Assembly: GCF_021028975.2 (NCBI RefSeq)
Contig: NC_059429.1
Coordinates: 62,558,001-62,622,000 of the forward strand
From: Sphaerodactylus townsendi
Lineage: Eukaryota
Length of the DNA stretch: 64,000 bases
Reading direction: 5' to 3'
The notes under the pieces: model-generated
The model's input: only the letters and a program-made list of their open reading frames with translations
The model's database searches: none
What the model was told of the DNA's origin: nothing
In this document: one piece after another, positions 12,431-24,137 of the stretch
How the letters are laid out: every line of letters starts with the position of its first letter
Position numbering within the stretch: the first letter of the stretch is position 1
Position numbers and translations under genes: made by a program

Positions 12431-14810
12431 AACATAAGAACATAAGAACATAAGAACAAGCCAGCTGGATCAGACCAGAGTCCATCTAGTCCAGCTCTCT
12501 GCTACTCGCAGTGGCCCACCAGATGCCATTGGGAGCTCACATGCAGGATGTGAAAGCAATGGCCTTCTGTGGCTGTTGCTCCCGAGCACCTGGACTATTA
12601 AGGCATTTGCAACCTCAGATCAAAGAGAATCAAGATTGGTAGCTGCAGCCTCTCCTCATAAGGAAGGTGCTGGGGTCCCTCAATCATCCTTGTTGCCCTT
12701 CTCTGCACTTTTTCTATCTCTTCAATATCCTTTTTGAGATGTGGCAACCAGAACTGAACACAGTACTCCAAGTGCCGTCGCACCACTGCTTTATATAAGG
12801 GCATGACAATCTTTGCAGTTTTATTCTCAATTCCTTTCCTAATTATCCCCAGCATAGAGTTTGCCTTTTTCACAGCTGCCATGCATTGAGTTGACATTCC
12901 CATGGAACTATCAACTAAGATGCCCAAATCCCTTTCCTGGTCTGTGACTCACAGCACTGACCCCTTGTAGCGCAGTATGTGAAGTTTGGATTTTTGCCCC
13001 TATGTGCATCACTTTACATTTTGCTACATTGAACTGTGCATTTGCCATTTCTTAGCCTCCCACTCACCTAATCTCCTCTATCAAGGTCCGCTTTGGAGCT
13101 CTCAGAATCCTCATGGTTCTCGTAATTCACACTACCTTTAATTTGGTATCATCTGCAACTTTGGCACACCACATCTACCCACCCCTACTTCCAGGTCATT
13201 TATGAATAGGTTAAAGAGCACTGGTCCCAAAACAGATCCTTGGGGGACACCACTCCTTACATCTCTCCATTGTGAGAATTTCCCATTTACACCCACTCTT
13301 TGCTTCCTGTTTCTCAACCAGTTTTTAATCCATAGGAGGACTTCCCCTCTTATTCCTTGATTGCTGAGTTTTCTCAATAGTCTCTGGTGAGGAACTGGTG
13401 AGGAACATACCTGCGGGACCGCATCACCCCTTATGTCCCACATAGGTCGCTGCGCTCGGCAGCGGCTGATTTGCTGGTGACCCCTGGTCCCGCGATGATA
13501 CGGCTGGCCTCGACCCGGGCCAGAGCCTTTACGGCTCTGGCCCCTGCCTGGTGGAATGCCCTACCTCCAGCTGTCCGGGTGAGTTCCGCAGGGCCTGCAA
13601 GACGGAGTTATTCCACCGGGCCTTCGGAGAGGCCAGCCGTGGATTTACTGCCCCCCCAATCGGGAACTGCAATCAAATCGGAACTGAGGCTGCCAAGCTT
13701 CCATCTTATTATGGCTGGGCCTGATTTATTTATGGATTCCATCACAGGCCCTGCCTACTCCCTCCCTTCTTTTTGGCCTTCGATCGGGCGCCTGTTTTAA
13801 ACAACTCTGTTTTATAAATCTGGTTGTTTAATTTATAGCTTTTATTGTTGCAAACTGCTGCTTAGGTTTTAATGGTTTTAATGTTTTATGTTGTTGATTT
13901 GCTGTTCGATTGAACAGCCATATTGTGAGCCGCCTTAAGCCCCTCGGGGATAAGGCAGCCTATAAGTTTAACAAAAAAAAAAAAACTTTGTCAAAAGCCT
14001 TTTGGAAATCCAAGTAGACAATGTCCACTGGTTCCCCCTTATCCACATCCCTTTTTACACCCTCAAAGAACTCTAGTAAGTTTGTAAGACAGGATTTGCC
14101 TCTGCAAAAGCCATGCTGACTCTTTCTCAGCAGGTCTTGCTTTTCTATATGTTTTATAATTTTATCTTTAATGATAGATTCTACTAATTTACCAGGAACA
14201 GATGTCAAACTGACTGGCCTGTAATTTCCCGGGTCCCCCCCAGATCCTTTCTTAAAGATTGGTGTGACATTGGCCATCTTCCAGTCTTCAGGGATGGAGG
14301 CAGATTTCAGGAATAAATTGCATATTAAAGTGAGAAGATCAGCAACTTCATACTTGAGCTCTTTAAGAACTCTTGGGTGAATGCAGTTTATCAATGGCTG
14401 CCAGAACTTCTTCCTTGTCTACCACTATCTTCGCTAGTTCCTCGGATTCGCCTCCTAAGAAGCTTGGTTCAGGTGCAGGAATTGTCTTCACCTCCTCTTG
14501 GGTGAAGACAGATGCAAATAATTCATTCAGCTTCTCTGCAATCTCCCTGTCATCTTTTAGCACACCCTTTGTTCCTTTGTCATCTAACGGGCCTACCGCT
14601 TCCCTTGCTGGCTTCCTGCTTTTGACGTACTTGAAGAACTGTTTGTTGCTGGTCTTGATGTTCGCAGCCATGCGTTCCTCATAATCCTTTTTTGCCTCCC
14701 TTACAGCTAACTTGCTTCTCTTTTGCCACCATTTGTGTTCCCTCTCATATTCTTCATCAGTCAAACTGGACTTCCATTTTTTAAAATACATTTTCTTTTT
14801 TTATAATTTC
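12431..14810 (-). mobile_element. CR1 LINE (ORF2 RT region to 3' tail), internally deleted and interrupted by an L2-like insertion
   Basis: ORF pieces read IHPRVLKEL, NYRPVSLTSVPGK, QHGFCRGKSCLTNLLEF, YLDFQKAFDKV|[27 protein letters not shown] and HLEYCVQFW. (TTCTTATG)n tail at 12431-12457. Confidence 0.95.
13407..13985 (+). mobile_element. L2-clade LINE 3' fragment nested in CR1
   Basis: [18 protein letters not shown]...[17 protein letters not shown], a 3' UTR ending gtgagccgcctt... and a poly(A). It splits the CR1 sequence DKV|PHQ. Confidence 0.85.
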
Positions 14811-15005
14811 CTCATGTGCAATAACTTCGCAGAATTAGAGAGCTATAGGACTAAAATGGCTTAAAAACCCACTTTATCCAGAGTAACCTTGCAACATGCT
14901 GACACAAACCTATTAACTCCTTTCCCCAAGTCTTTCTGTCATAAGGTTTCCTGTCTTAATTATGTCAAATGGGTCACAGAAATGAAATAGACTGATCCTG
15001 CCCTG

Positions 15006-15355
15006 TGTCAGACTCTTGAACGTGGAAATAACAGAGACCGTAGAAAAGTCCAAAAGCAGTTTATTCCAGGTGATACGAAGTGTAGCAATGTAAAGCAGGA
15101 TCTGAGCTAGAGAGCTCAGATTCAGGACCTATATCCTTTAACAACCCCCCCCCCCCGTTTCGCCCCACACCAAATGTCCACTACAGTTTCTACTACAATG
15201 ACACTGCAAAGCTTCAAAGAACCTGGGAACCTTTCACACCTCTTTGAAGATGGGCTGGTGCCAGGAGATTGCCAGGAAAGGAAGAGGGAAACAGGGAAAT
15301 ATTTGCAAATCACACACAGCAAGACATCAAGGTACTGACAGGCATGGTCCTGACA
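15006..15355 (-). mobile_element. Solo LTR (350 bp)
   Basis: TGTCAG...CTGACA termini and a perfect 5-bp TSD CCCTG (15001-15005, 15356-15360). AATAAA on the minus strand at 15060-15065. Confidence 0.88.
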
Positions 15356-15453
15356 CCCTGAAACCTCTGTAATCTTCAGCCTGCACTATCACAGTTGCAG
15401 CATAATCTTTGCAACGTAAAGAGAACAAAGGCATCAATTGTTTATTAGAATAC

Positions 15454-15582
15454 CTATTCCTCCAGCATGTGCATCAATAAGAGATGCAGCCACAGCAATA
15501 CCACTAGGAAGGCCAAGGTCTTTTGCAGCATCTGGTGTTAGCCCATTTCCAACTGGAGCTCCTGGAGGCAGAACTGCATTTC
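15454..15582 (-). CDS. FGGY: FGGY coding exon (about exon 7), [43 protein letters not shown]
   Basis: ctcAG|GA AAT GCA...GGA ATA G|GTattc. Length 129 bp. Contains the conserved FGGY-kinase IDAHAG motif. Confidence 0.97.
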
Positions 15583-16124
15583 CTGAGCAGACACAAGAAA
15601 AAGTAAACATTCATCAGTCTGGTGAAAATGAAAGCCAACTTTATTGTTCCAAAAAAGTTCTTTTGCCCTCTCACTCAACAAATGAACTTTTTATTTCAAA
15701 CTCACACATACCCCTTATTTTCTTTACCAAGCACGAATAATCCTGCATGTATTTTATTTCATAATGTTAATTGTAACAGTTTAACCGCTTATGACCAACA
15801 ATGAATTTATCCATGATTTAGATAAATGAATGGTTTATCCATGATTTAGATAAAAGGAATTGAATGAGGCTACATTCAAGTGGATTTCAGAGACATATAA
15901 AGTTAGAACTTCTCTACAGGAGCTCTTAGTTTTGAGTGGGAAGGGAGGAAAAGGGGTGGGGGAGAGAGAAAACAAGAAGGCAATAGGATAAGTCTTAAAA
16001 GAGTAAGAAGAGGGGTTAAAAACAATCTGGCGAAGAGGTTGGGGTTGGAAAAACAGGGAAGGAGAAGGAGTAGAGAGGGGAAGGAGTTTGAGATCAAGGG
16101 GGCAGAAGAGGGGGGATTCCAAGG

Positions 16125-16938
16125 CTGAGCCACTCACAATGCCATGCTTGCCCCACACCAAGGCAGTTTTTTCAAGGCCAAATTGTACCGTTGTTAGCAT
16201 GGGGAATATCCCAGTGCAGCCTGGAATTCTTCACAGTCCTTGAAGCTGCATTGGGTCTGCCCCTGAGTTGCACCGCCATTTCCCCTTTTCCCAGCAGCTT
16301 TTAAAAACTGCCAAATTGGAGGTTCTTTTGAAATGCCTCTGCTTGCCTCTGAATGCTTCCGCTGTCATGAAAACACCACAGCAGCAGAACCGGGCCATTT
16401 TCCCGCCTTGCCGCTCTGGCCTGCCCCACCAATCACTTTTCTGACTGAAATTCTTGTGTGAGAGAGAAAATTGGCGCTCTGACGTTGCTGGCACCAACAC
16501 ACCCAATTTTTCTGACAGAGATCCTTGTGTGTGAGAGAGAATTGGTGCTCTGCCATTCCCAGCGCATTCACACCCCACTTTTCTGACAGAAATCCTTGTG
16601 TGAGAGAGAATCGGCACCCTGCCATTCCCGGTGCCTCTGCACCCTTTTCTGTCTAAGATCCACGATTTGTCCTTCTGGTTTTTTTTTCCACAGTGAAAGT
16701 GAGTGGGGAAATGCAGGGAGAATCAGCCAATCAGAATGTGGGAAACGGAAGAGCTCATGGTGCAAATGGGAAAGCCCTGGGCTTGCGCAAAAACAGCTGG
16801 GGCAAAACGTACCAGTCCTGCCTCGACTCCTGGGAAGAATCAGGGAGCCATGCAGAATCAAAAACAGGGGGAAAGAGCCCTGTGGCATGTAAAATCTAGG
16901 ATCTACCACAGAGCAATTTGGTCATGAAAAAATGGCCC
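16125..16938. mobile_element. Probable non-autonomous DNA transposon (Harbinger-like end) with an internal ~65-70-bp tandem repeat
   Basis: About 3.5 copies of ttttctgacagaaatccttgtgtgagagagaat..gc.ctgcc at 16434-16655. Right end is catgaaaaaatggccc. The left boundary is uncertain. Confidence 0.4.
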
Positions 16939-17444
16939 AAGACAAGATTTGGGGAGAGGTTCCTGCCACTCTAAGTCAGCAACACGGCACATAGCTGGCC
17001 AGCAGGAGGACTGGCCACAGTGCCAGGGTATTTCTTTCAACTTGGGGTTTCATCTTTATTTTTAAAAAATCAGCACCTAGCTTATTACAAGGATCAAAGA
17101 CCATTTACAATGCTAAATGTCTTATGTTTTTGGCTTTATAGGCTTTCACATTTCTGGACTTTTAAAGGTTGTAAATTTGAATTATTTTATGTTTTTATGA
17201 TTTCATCCTGTTTCATTTTTTGAGCCACCTTGAGCAGGTGTGTGAAGAGGTGGCATAATTTTTTCAGTGAATAAATATAGTTTCTCTGGAGGGTATGGTG
17301 GTCTGAACTCTGGAGGGTATAAGGTGGTAGATTGAGACAAAGGCTTCTAGCTCCAGAAAGGAATAGAGTTAACAAAAAAGGTTTTTCAGAATGTCCAGAC
17401 CAGTGGGCATATAACAACAATAACATTCCAAAAACACTAGACCG

Positions 17445-17800
17445 GCCTGAATTGTAATAAAAGGCCAACAACCAGCTAAAAACTGGCAGCTATGATATTA
17501 AACAAAATTAAATAGCAACAATAACAACAGACTTCGAGATGCAGCGGCTATGGCACAAACCAGCTGAGGTTGTCCCAGTGGTAATCAGTACCCTGAGCAT
17601 CATTCTGAAAACCCTAGGGCAGCACTTGAAACATCTTCAAATCAACATCTGTCAGATTCAGAAGGCAGCTCTGCTGGGATTGGCACAAATACTACACTGA
17701 TTCATTACAACTTTCTAAGCCTCTGGGCAAGGCTCAAATTGTGATGAAAGACCAACAACCAGCTAAAGAACTGGCAGCTGTGATATCAAATATAATAATA
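17445..17800 (+). mobile_element. R4/Dong-clade non-LTR element, two tandem 3' ends
   Basis: 17530-17700 translates as FEMQRLWHKPAEVVPVVISTLSIILKTLGQHLKHLQINICQIQKAALLGLAQILH*, an RLE C-terminus. The 3' UTR ccaacaaccagctaaa..ctggcagct.tgatat occurs twice, with (CAA/TAA)n tails. Confidence 0.75.
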
Positions 17801-18686
17801 ATTTATATGTCACTCTTCCCCTGTTAAAGCAGGGTTCAAGGCAGTTTACAAGAAGATAAAAACATCATTAATCATATAGGACATAAAAACACAAAAGTTA
17901 ATATGTTGAAACAGAGGCAAGCACAACACGAAAAATAAAATAAAAAGGCTGAACTGCAAGTATAACATCAGAGTCACATGACTTCTGTATAACACACTAT
18001 AACAAGTATAACACAGTATAACAAGTATAACAAGCAAGTAAAACACAGAGTCGCATAGGAGTCATCATGAATCAAGCCTAGAATTGTGGATAGTAAAACC
18101 AAGACAAACAACCATGGACATAAAATACTCAAGGGCTAGAGGAAAATTCACCAACATGGAGATGTGTGCATGTACATGTTTATTCATATACAGATCCTGA
18201 GAAGAATATACATATATATCTTTCTTAGCTGCTTTGCTGATCCATCAGAATACTATGTAAATAAATTGTACCAGTGTGGGGCTTTATTGGAGTGCATGTA
18301 TGAGTTGACACAATATGGTAGTAAGGGGTTTGGGCTACAACCCAAGAATGCTTTGTGTGTTAAAAGAGTACAGTAGCTGAATGAACTAATAAGATTCAAA
18401 GCAGGATCTTTGAGCATATGGAAAGTGCATGTCCTTCACTATAGGGTAAAAATAAATACTTACCAAATGGAAATATTGGTGCTGCTCTATTCAACCATGG
18501 GAAAACACCTTGCCTTGATACACTAAGCAGTAAAATATTTCGTACAGTAATCTCCACTGTGGCTCACACTCTGAGGTATGTTTCCTAAATCTGGGCCATG
18601 GAGCTTTCCAGATGGCTGCTTTGACAACACAGTAGTTGAAGATATTCCCAAGGATTACTTAATATTAATATTTAAGAGTTTATATA

Positions 18687-18714
18687 TACATACATACATA
18701 CATACATACATACA

Positions 18715-18743
<29 letters not shown>
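18687..18743 (+). repeat. (TACA)n microsatellite
   Basis: About 14 direct tetranucleotide repeats. Confidence 0.95.
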
Positions 18744-18745
<2 letters not shown>

Positions 18746-18750
18746 GTATA

Positions 18751-18832
18751 CCATATATACGCATGTATAAGTCGACCCGCATATAAGTCGAGGCACCTAA
18801 TTTTACCACAAAAAAATGGGAAAACTTATTGA
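18751..18832 (+). mobile_element. Tc1/mariner (Tc2/pogo-like) single terminal fragment
   Basis: TA followed by CCATATATACGCATGTATAAGTCGACCCGCATATAAGTCGAGGCACCTAATTTTACC resembles TcMar TIR ends. Confidence 0.55.
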
Positions 18833-20422
18833 AACAGCTAAAGGGAGGAGGGGGATTAAACGCAGAAAGTGATTTACAGATTCGATTAGAAAAAGACAAC
18901 TACAGGAAGCTGCTGCAAAATATGCGAAAAATAACCCAGAAATTCACAGACAGGCTGTGATGAGGTATGCTGAATGTCACCCCGAAGTTCTTAGAGAGGC
19001 TGTGAAAAAGTATTCCTCTAATAACCCTCATGTTAACCAGACTGCTACAGCCAAATACAATTTAAAAAGATTACAAATCAAATTATCACCTTGGACTAAA
19101 AAATATTTGTCGGGTTTTGAATATGGATCTCACATTGATTACTGTGGAGACAAGGTGACTGATCTCGGACTTCGATTGCCCAGTGCTTGGTGTCATGCTC
19201 TGAAGTGGCGGGATGAGCCCCCAGGAATGTGCTGCAGTAGCGGTAAAGTTCAGCTCCCTGCCATTCAACCCTACCTTGAACCTCTTCACAGCCTTCTCAC
19301 GCATCAGCATCCAATGGCAGAACACTTTCTTTTGATTCCTGGAAATACAATGGATGCTTCCAAATGACATATTTTGGAACCCGAGAGGTGAAAGAGAGCA
19401 ATTTCATGCCAACATTCAAAGTGCAGGGATAGGTCTACCACAGGATAGGAAGCCTCATGACGGGACCTCAGCAGCAGCCGTCATTTCTTCAGATATACTT
19501 TGTTGGGGGTGATAACAATGAGAGGGACATTCAGAGTGCTCCAGAGTTAGTTCACCTGACAGCTTAGTCGTTGTTCTTCAGCCAGGAGGAAAAAACCAAG
19601 AATATTGTTTACAGGGAAGTTTTGAGCGTACTTAATCTAGGGGAGAAATGAAAACTGTATGCTTAACCAGAGTTATTAAGTATGAAAGTATATGTAGACT
19701 ACCGAAGCTAGGAGTAGTGATTACAGTAGTACCTCGGTTTTCATTATGAAATGGTAAAATTCGTCCGAAAGAGAATGGCTGAAAACCGAGAATCCTTGAA
19801 ACCAAAGGTACCACTGTATTTGCAAATTTTAATGTTTAATCTTGTATTAGAGCCTCATCCTGTTGTAAATGGATTAATGGTGTTTACATAGATTCATTAC
19901 ATTTTAGAAACTTTCCACGGTATTTTTATCAGGTAATTTTAATATTTTCACTATGTTTTTGTATTCTCAGTGTTTTTAAAGGATCTTTTATTTTATGAGG
20001 TCCTTAAATTTACAACCTTTAAAGGGTATTTTCCATAATAAAATGCGTTCCGATATTTTTCCAGTATTTTTCCAGTATGTATATTTTTATGAATTCATGC
20101 CATTTCAAACTTCAAGGGTAATTTTATCAGGTACGTTTCATATTTTTAGTATTTTTCTGTTGTTTGGGTTTTTTTGCCATGCAAGGGAAGGGAAGTGAGT
20201 GAGGATTTGGCATGCAAGGGGAGAGAGGGAGGAGGAAGGGTGGCATCTGGACATATTACACCCACACACACCTAAGCTGGAGGGAGGGGAAGGGGAAGGA
20301 GTGAGGGGTGTCATGCAAGGGAAGGGGAGGGGAGGGAGGGAGGGCTGGCATGCAAGGGAGGGGAGGGAAGAGGAGGAGGCCTTTTTTATAATCTCCATAG
20401 CGAAGCTCGGGTATCCTGCTAG
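18833..20422 (+). mobile_element. Internally deleted Helitron (RepHel pseudogene)
   Basis: The N-terminal motifs WCHALKWRDEPPGMCCSSGKVQL and (frameshifted) KYNGCFQMTYFG...FMPTFKVQG*VYHRIGSL...FLQIYF are fused at about 19536 to the helicase end CSRVSS...TKNIVYREVL. The 3' end is GCGAAGCTCGGGTATCCTGCTAG|T. Confidence 0.9.
19724..19816. mobile_element. Tigger/pogo-like MITE inside the Helitron
   Basis: TA|CAGTAGTACCTCGGTTTTC...GAAACCAAAGGTACCACTG|TA. Confidence 0.8.
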
Positions 20423-22995
20423 TAAGGAAGTATGTGTGTGTAGTATTATTATTATTATTGTGCAGCATCAACATAATGAAACCAGAAAATATTCTGTTTT
20501 ATCTATTAAACAGTATATGTGTGTGTAGTAGTAGTAATGTGTGTCCAATACTTGTAGCTGGCCTTCTCCCTCTCGTGACTTTGTATATACAAATGTAACA
20601 TAATCAGTAAAACTACAGAGGGTCAAGAAAAGAAAAATTTCAGCAGACAGCTGAAAGTGTGACCATTCCTTAAAGGGATTATGTCAGCTGAGGGAGAAAG
20701 TGTTCAAGATTTTATCTGGTAAGTATAAAAATGCTTGCTATCATACTTCTTTGACTTACCAGCTATGAGTACACTTTTCTAGACACTATTTCCCCCTCTG
20801 CACATGAAGCTGAGAGAATAAACAATAAGGCAATACTCTCTACTGTAAGCAATGATAGTGTGAAACTTATGCACATAAGACTGATGAGCAGTACTACTAC
20901 ACTAAAGGTATCTTGAACAACTCTGAAGGCAAATAACCTTTTGTTTCACATAAAACAGCTGAGAACAGAGCCTTTCTTATTGCGGTCTTAATCCATAGCA
21001 CTTCTATTTCCCAGCAGACTGCCCATTTTTAGAGGAGGACTTTTCCCTGTGTGAAGTGAGAAACAAGTTTACCAAAGGAAGAACCTGTCTGAAACCTTTC
21101 CTTTATCCTTTCCTGATGACTAGCTTTGGAATTTGCTATGTTCTTTTTTGTTAAAAGCTATGTATGTGGTACCAATGAATGGACACCTTTCTGGGCAATT
21201 GCCATGGTAACCAGTTGTTTACCAGCCATAACACATTAAGTGGACAACTGTGTATCTTTAGTGAGTAAATTACAGAATCCAAAGTTGGCACTAATATTAA
21301 TAGAATCAGCAATTTTAATACTTACTAGCCTTTAAAAACAACAAAACAAAAGTGGGGGACCAGTTGACTCAGCTATGATACATTCACCCATTCAAGAGCA
21401 GCTTTTAACTTGCCTTGGAGGACTACTTTTATGTGAAATTGCAACTGAGTCCTTTGAGTGTATAGTAAAAATCTTCTGCTCTGTCCCATAATTCATGACA
21501 CAAACTGCACAGGTTTTCATCTAGCCTATATAATAAAGATTAACTGAAAAAGTTAATAAAAATAGCCTGTCCTGTGACTTCAGGAATCTACAACACTGAC
21601 TTGTGGAAAGGAAAGAAGGTTTGATCCATCATAGCACAATTTCACCTCACAGAAAGAAATATCAGCTCCTCAATCCTTGTCATTTATTTGGATGATTTCT
21701 ATACTGCTTCTCCATAGAGTCTGCTTGAGGCTTACAAAGTAAGCATAGTAATTTTAAAAAACTATAAAAGTTATAACAACTGAAAAACTATTAAAATCCA
21801 GCATTCACATAGAAACCGCCCATATAAAACATATAGCATTTTAAAGCACAATTTATAAAACTGTTCTCAGGTACATTAGACTGTAAAAGAAGTTGAAACT
21901 GCTACTCAGTAAAGGCTCCACAATAGCTGTAAAAGAAATACTACGTTGAACAGGACTAATACTTAGCTACCAGAGATAGATAGCGCCAGCTGCTTTTCGC
22001 CATAATGGATAAGGTCCCCCCCTCCCCAGAAAAAAAAAACATATGGAAAGTCTTTGGTCCCAGTTCTTCCCAGCAGGAACAGTGAATGATGAAGGCACTG
22101 GGGTAATAATAATACAAATTGTCCTCTTCCTTGTCCTTAGATGACACTGAAGTCTAAGTTTGTACTTTTGCCTTGCTACACTAACAGTGTCATCATAAGC
22201 ACAGTTACACCCTTCTAAGCCCACTGAAAGCCTAGAGAGAAAATAATTCCAATTTGAACATCTCTGCTTAGGAAGATAGGGTAAAAGGCTAGTTTCCTCT
22301 TCAGTTTCTAAAAACAAATGTGTACCTAATAAAAGTCTGGATATGCATCCATGCCTGCTCCCTTCAGAATCAGAAAAAGCAGCATTAGTTTACTTATATC
22401 ATATTTGCTATATCTTCCTGCCCTCGTTGTTTCCAAGCACAGTTAGTCCAGGAAGTATCACATTCTTTATTGGAAGGAAATCAGAAGAGGGGAGGATGAA
22501 AGAGAGCCCCCTTGGAATAAAGAAATATATATTAAAAATGACCAGGTTCCAAAATGGGGGAGGGTGCATTTTATTATTAATATGAAGTGAAGTTTGAACA
22601 CATGTAGTTGCATCACAGATATAGTGATGATATATTTATAAAAACAATCCTTGTGCTACATCAGTGTTTGTTTTTTAATGTGGAATACTGACAACTCCAG
22701 GTATAACTACAGCACATCATTTTCCAATATCAAAACTAATGTGAATTGTTCTAGAAAAACAGGCTAAGTATAAAGCACTGTAATTCAGTGAAAAATCATT
22801 ACTTGGTCCCTTAAGTAGCCCCTTAAGTAGAAGAGTGGGGATTAAAATTTATCAGCCTGTTTAAAAAACAGATTGCACACTTCAGCACCCAAAAGGTCCA
22901 CAGTTCATAAACATTTAAATGGAATTGTTAATGTCTACCTATGTTTTATAATACCATGACAGTCCTTACTTTCATCAGAAAACATACACACTAGA

Positions 22996-23139
22996 NNNNN
23001 NNNNNNNNNNNNNNNNNNNNNNNNNNNNNNNNNNNNNNNNNNNNNNNNNNNNNNNNNNNNNNNNNNNNNNNNNNNNNNNNNNNNNNNNNNNNNNNNNNNN
23101 NNNNNNNNNNNNNNNNNNNNNNNNNNNNNNNNNNNNNNN
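22996..23139. other. Assembly gap (144 N)
   Basis: Run of N. Confidence 1.
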
Positions 23140-23489
23140 ACTTTTAGGCTGAAACTGACTGAATCAATAAAGTTCACAACAATTCAAGGCTCAGATCTAT
23201 ACTGTTAAGTATGTCATTATTCATAATCTAAAACAGAAGAACACAATAAGCACAGATTATTGCAACCCTGAAAGTTTAATCTAACCAGGGAAATGCAAGA
23301 GGTCAGGTCTGTAGATTGGTTATATCAAGTGAAACCCCATATTTTGATGTATAATAGGTTCAGAGGAAAGCCTGTAAAGTGTAAAAGGTTCTGCATAACT
23401 TACAAACACATGAAAAAAAGGGAAACTGAATGTAGGTGTTATGTAAAACTGTGACCAGTAGCTTTCACATGAGGAATCTTGTGCTAAAT

Positions 23490-23560
23490 CACCTGTATCT
23501 GTGGCTGGCATCTTCAGAGGATCTTTAATTATAAGATCCTCTGTATCTTTAATTATAAGA
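23490..23560. mobile_element. Tiny Penelope pLTR fragment
   Basis: tctgtggctggcatcttcagaggatct...agatcctctg. Same family as 4476-4674, with a short inverted junction. Confidence 0.6.
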
Positions 23561-23934
23561 AATTATTAATTAACCAGTATGGGATTACATGCATGGTCAA
23601 TATTTGTAAGAATAACTACAATTGCACTGGGCATGCAGATAACGAAACATATATTACACATGATTGAGAAACCAGAGTGAGGTAGAGACTCCCCATGCAG
23701 ATGTTTAGCATGCAGAAATAAATGCATGGCGGTATGGTCAGGATCATGCCTCCTTGTTTTGAAGGTCCAGTTGCATACAGCCCTACATACATCACGAGTT
23801 CAGATCACATATGCAAAGCCTGAGAATTTACCCATTTGCTGAAGTTTTTGGCCATGAACACTACCCAACCTGATTGCTCTTTCACTTTTGAATCACCAAG
23901 ATAGATATAATGTAAGCATTATGAATTGAATTGA

Positions 23935-24137
23935 CATGTAGCCTAGTTTCATCAGATCTCAGAAAGGAAGCAGGGACATCCATGGTTTCTACTTTTATGG
24001 AAGGCCACCAAGGAAGTTCAGCCGTACTATGCAAAGGAAGGCAACTGCAAGTCACCCCTGAACAGTTCTTGTCTTGAAAAGCCTCCAGGGTTACCATAAG
24101 TCAGCTGTGGCCGCACAGCATTTTCCACCACTACCAC
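23935..24137 (+). mobile_element. 5S rRNA-derived SINE (5S-Sauria-like), degraded
   Basis: The head gcctagtttcatcagatctcagaaaggaagcaggg...tggaaggccacc resembles 5S rRNA (gatctcggaagctaagcaggg...tgggagacc). It has a (CCA)n-like tail. Confidence 0.6.

Noticed and set aside
15438-15740. Plus-strand 100-aa ORF
   Set aside because: Antisense shadow of the FGGY exon at 15454-15582.
15795-15860. Short tandem duplications (also about 17985-18035 and 32795-32845)
   Set aside because: Ordinary replication-slippage duplications with no further structure.
23935-24020. 5S rRNA gene (and tRNA genes at SINE heads)
   Set aside because: The heads are heavily diverged and fused to SINE bodies, so they are not intact RNA genes.
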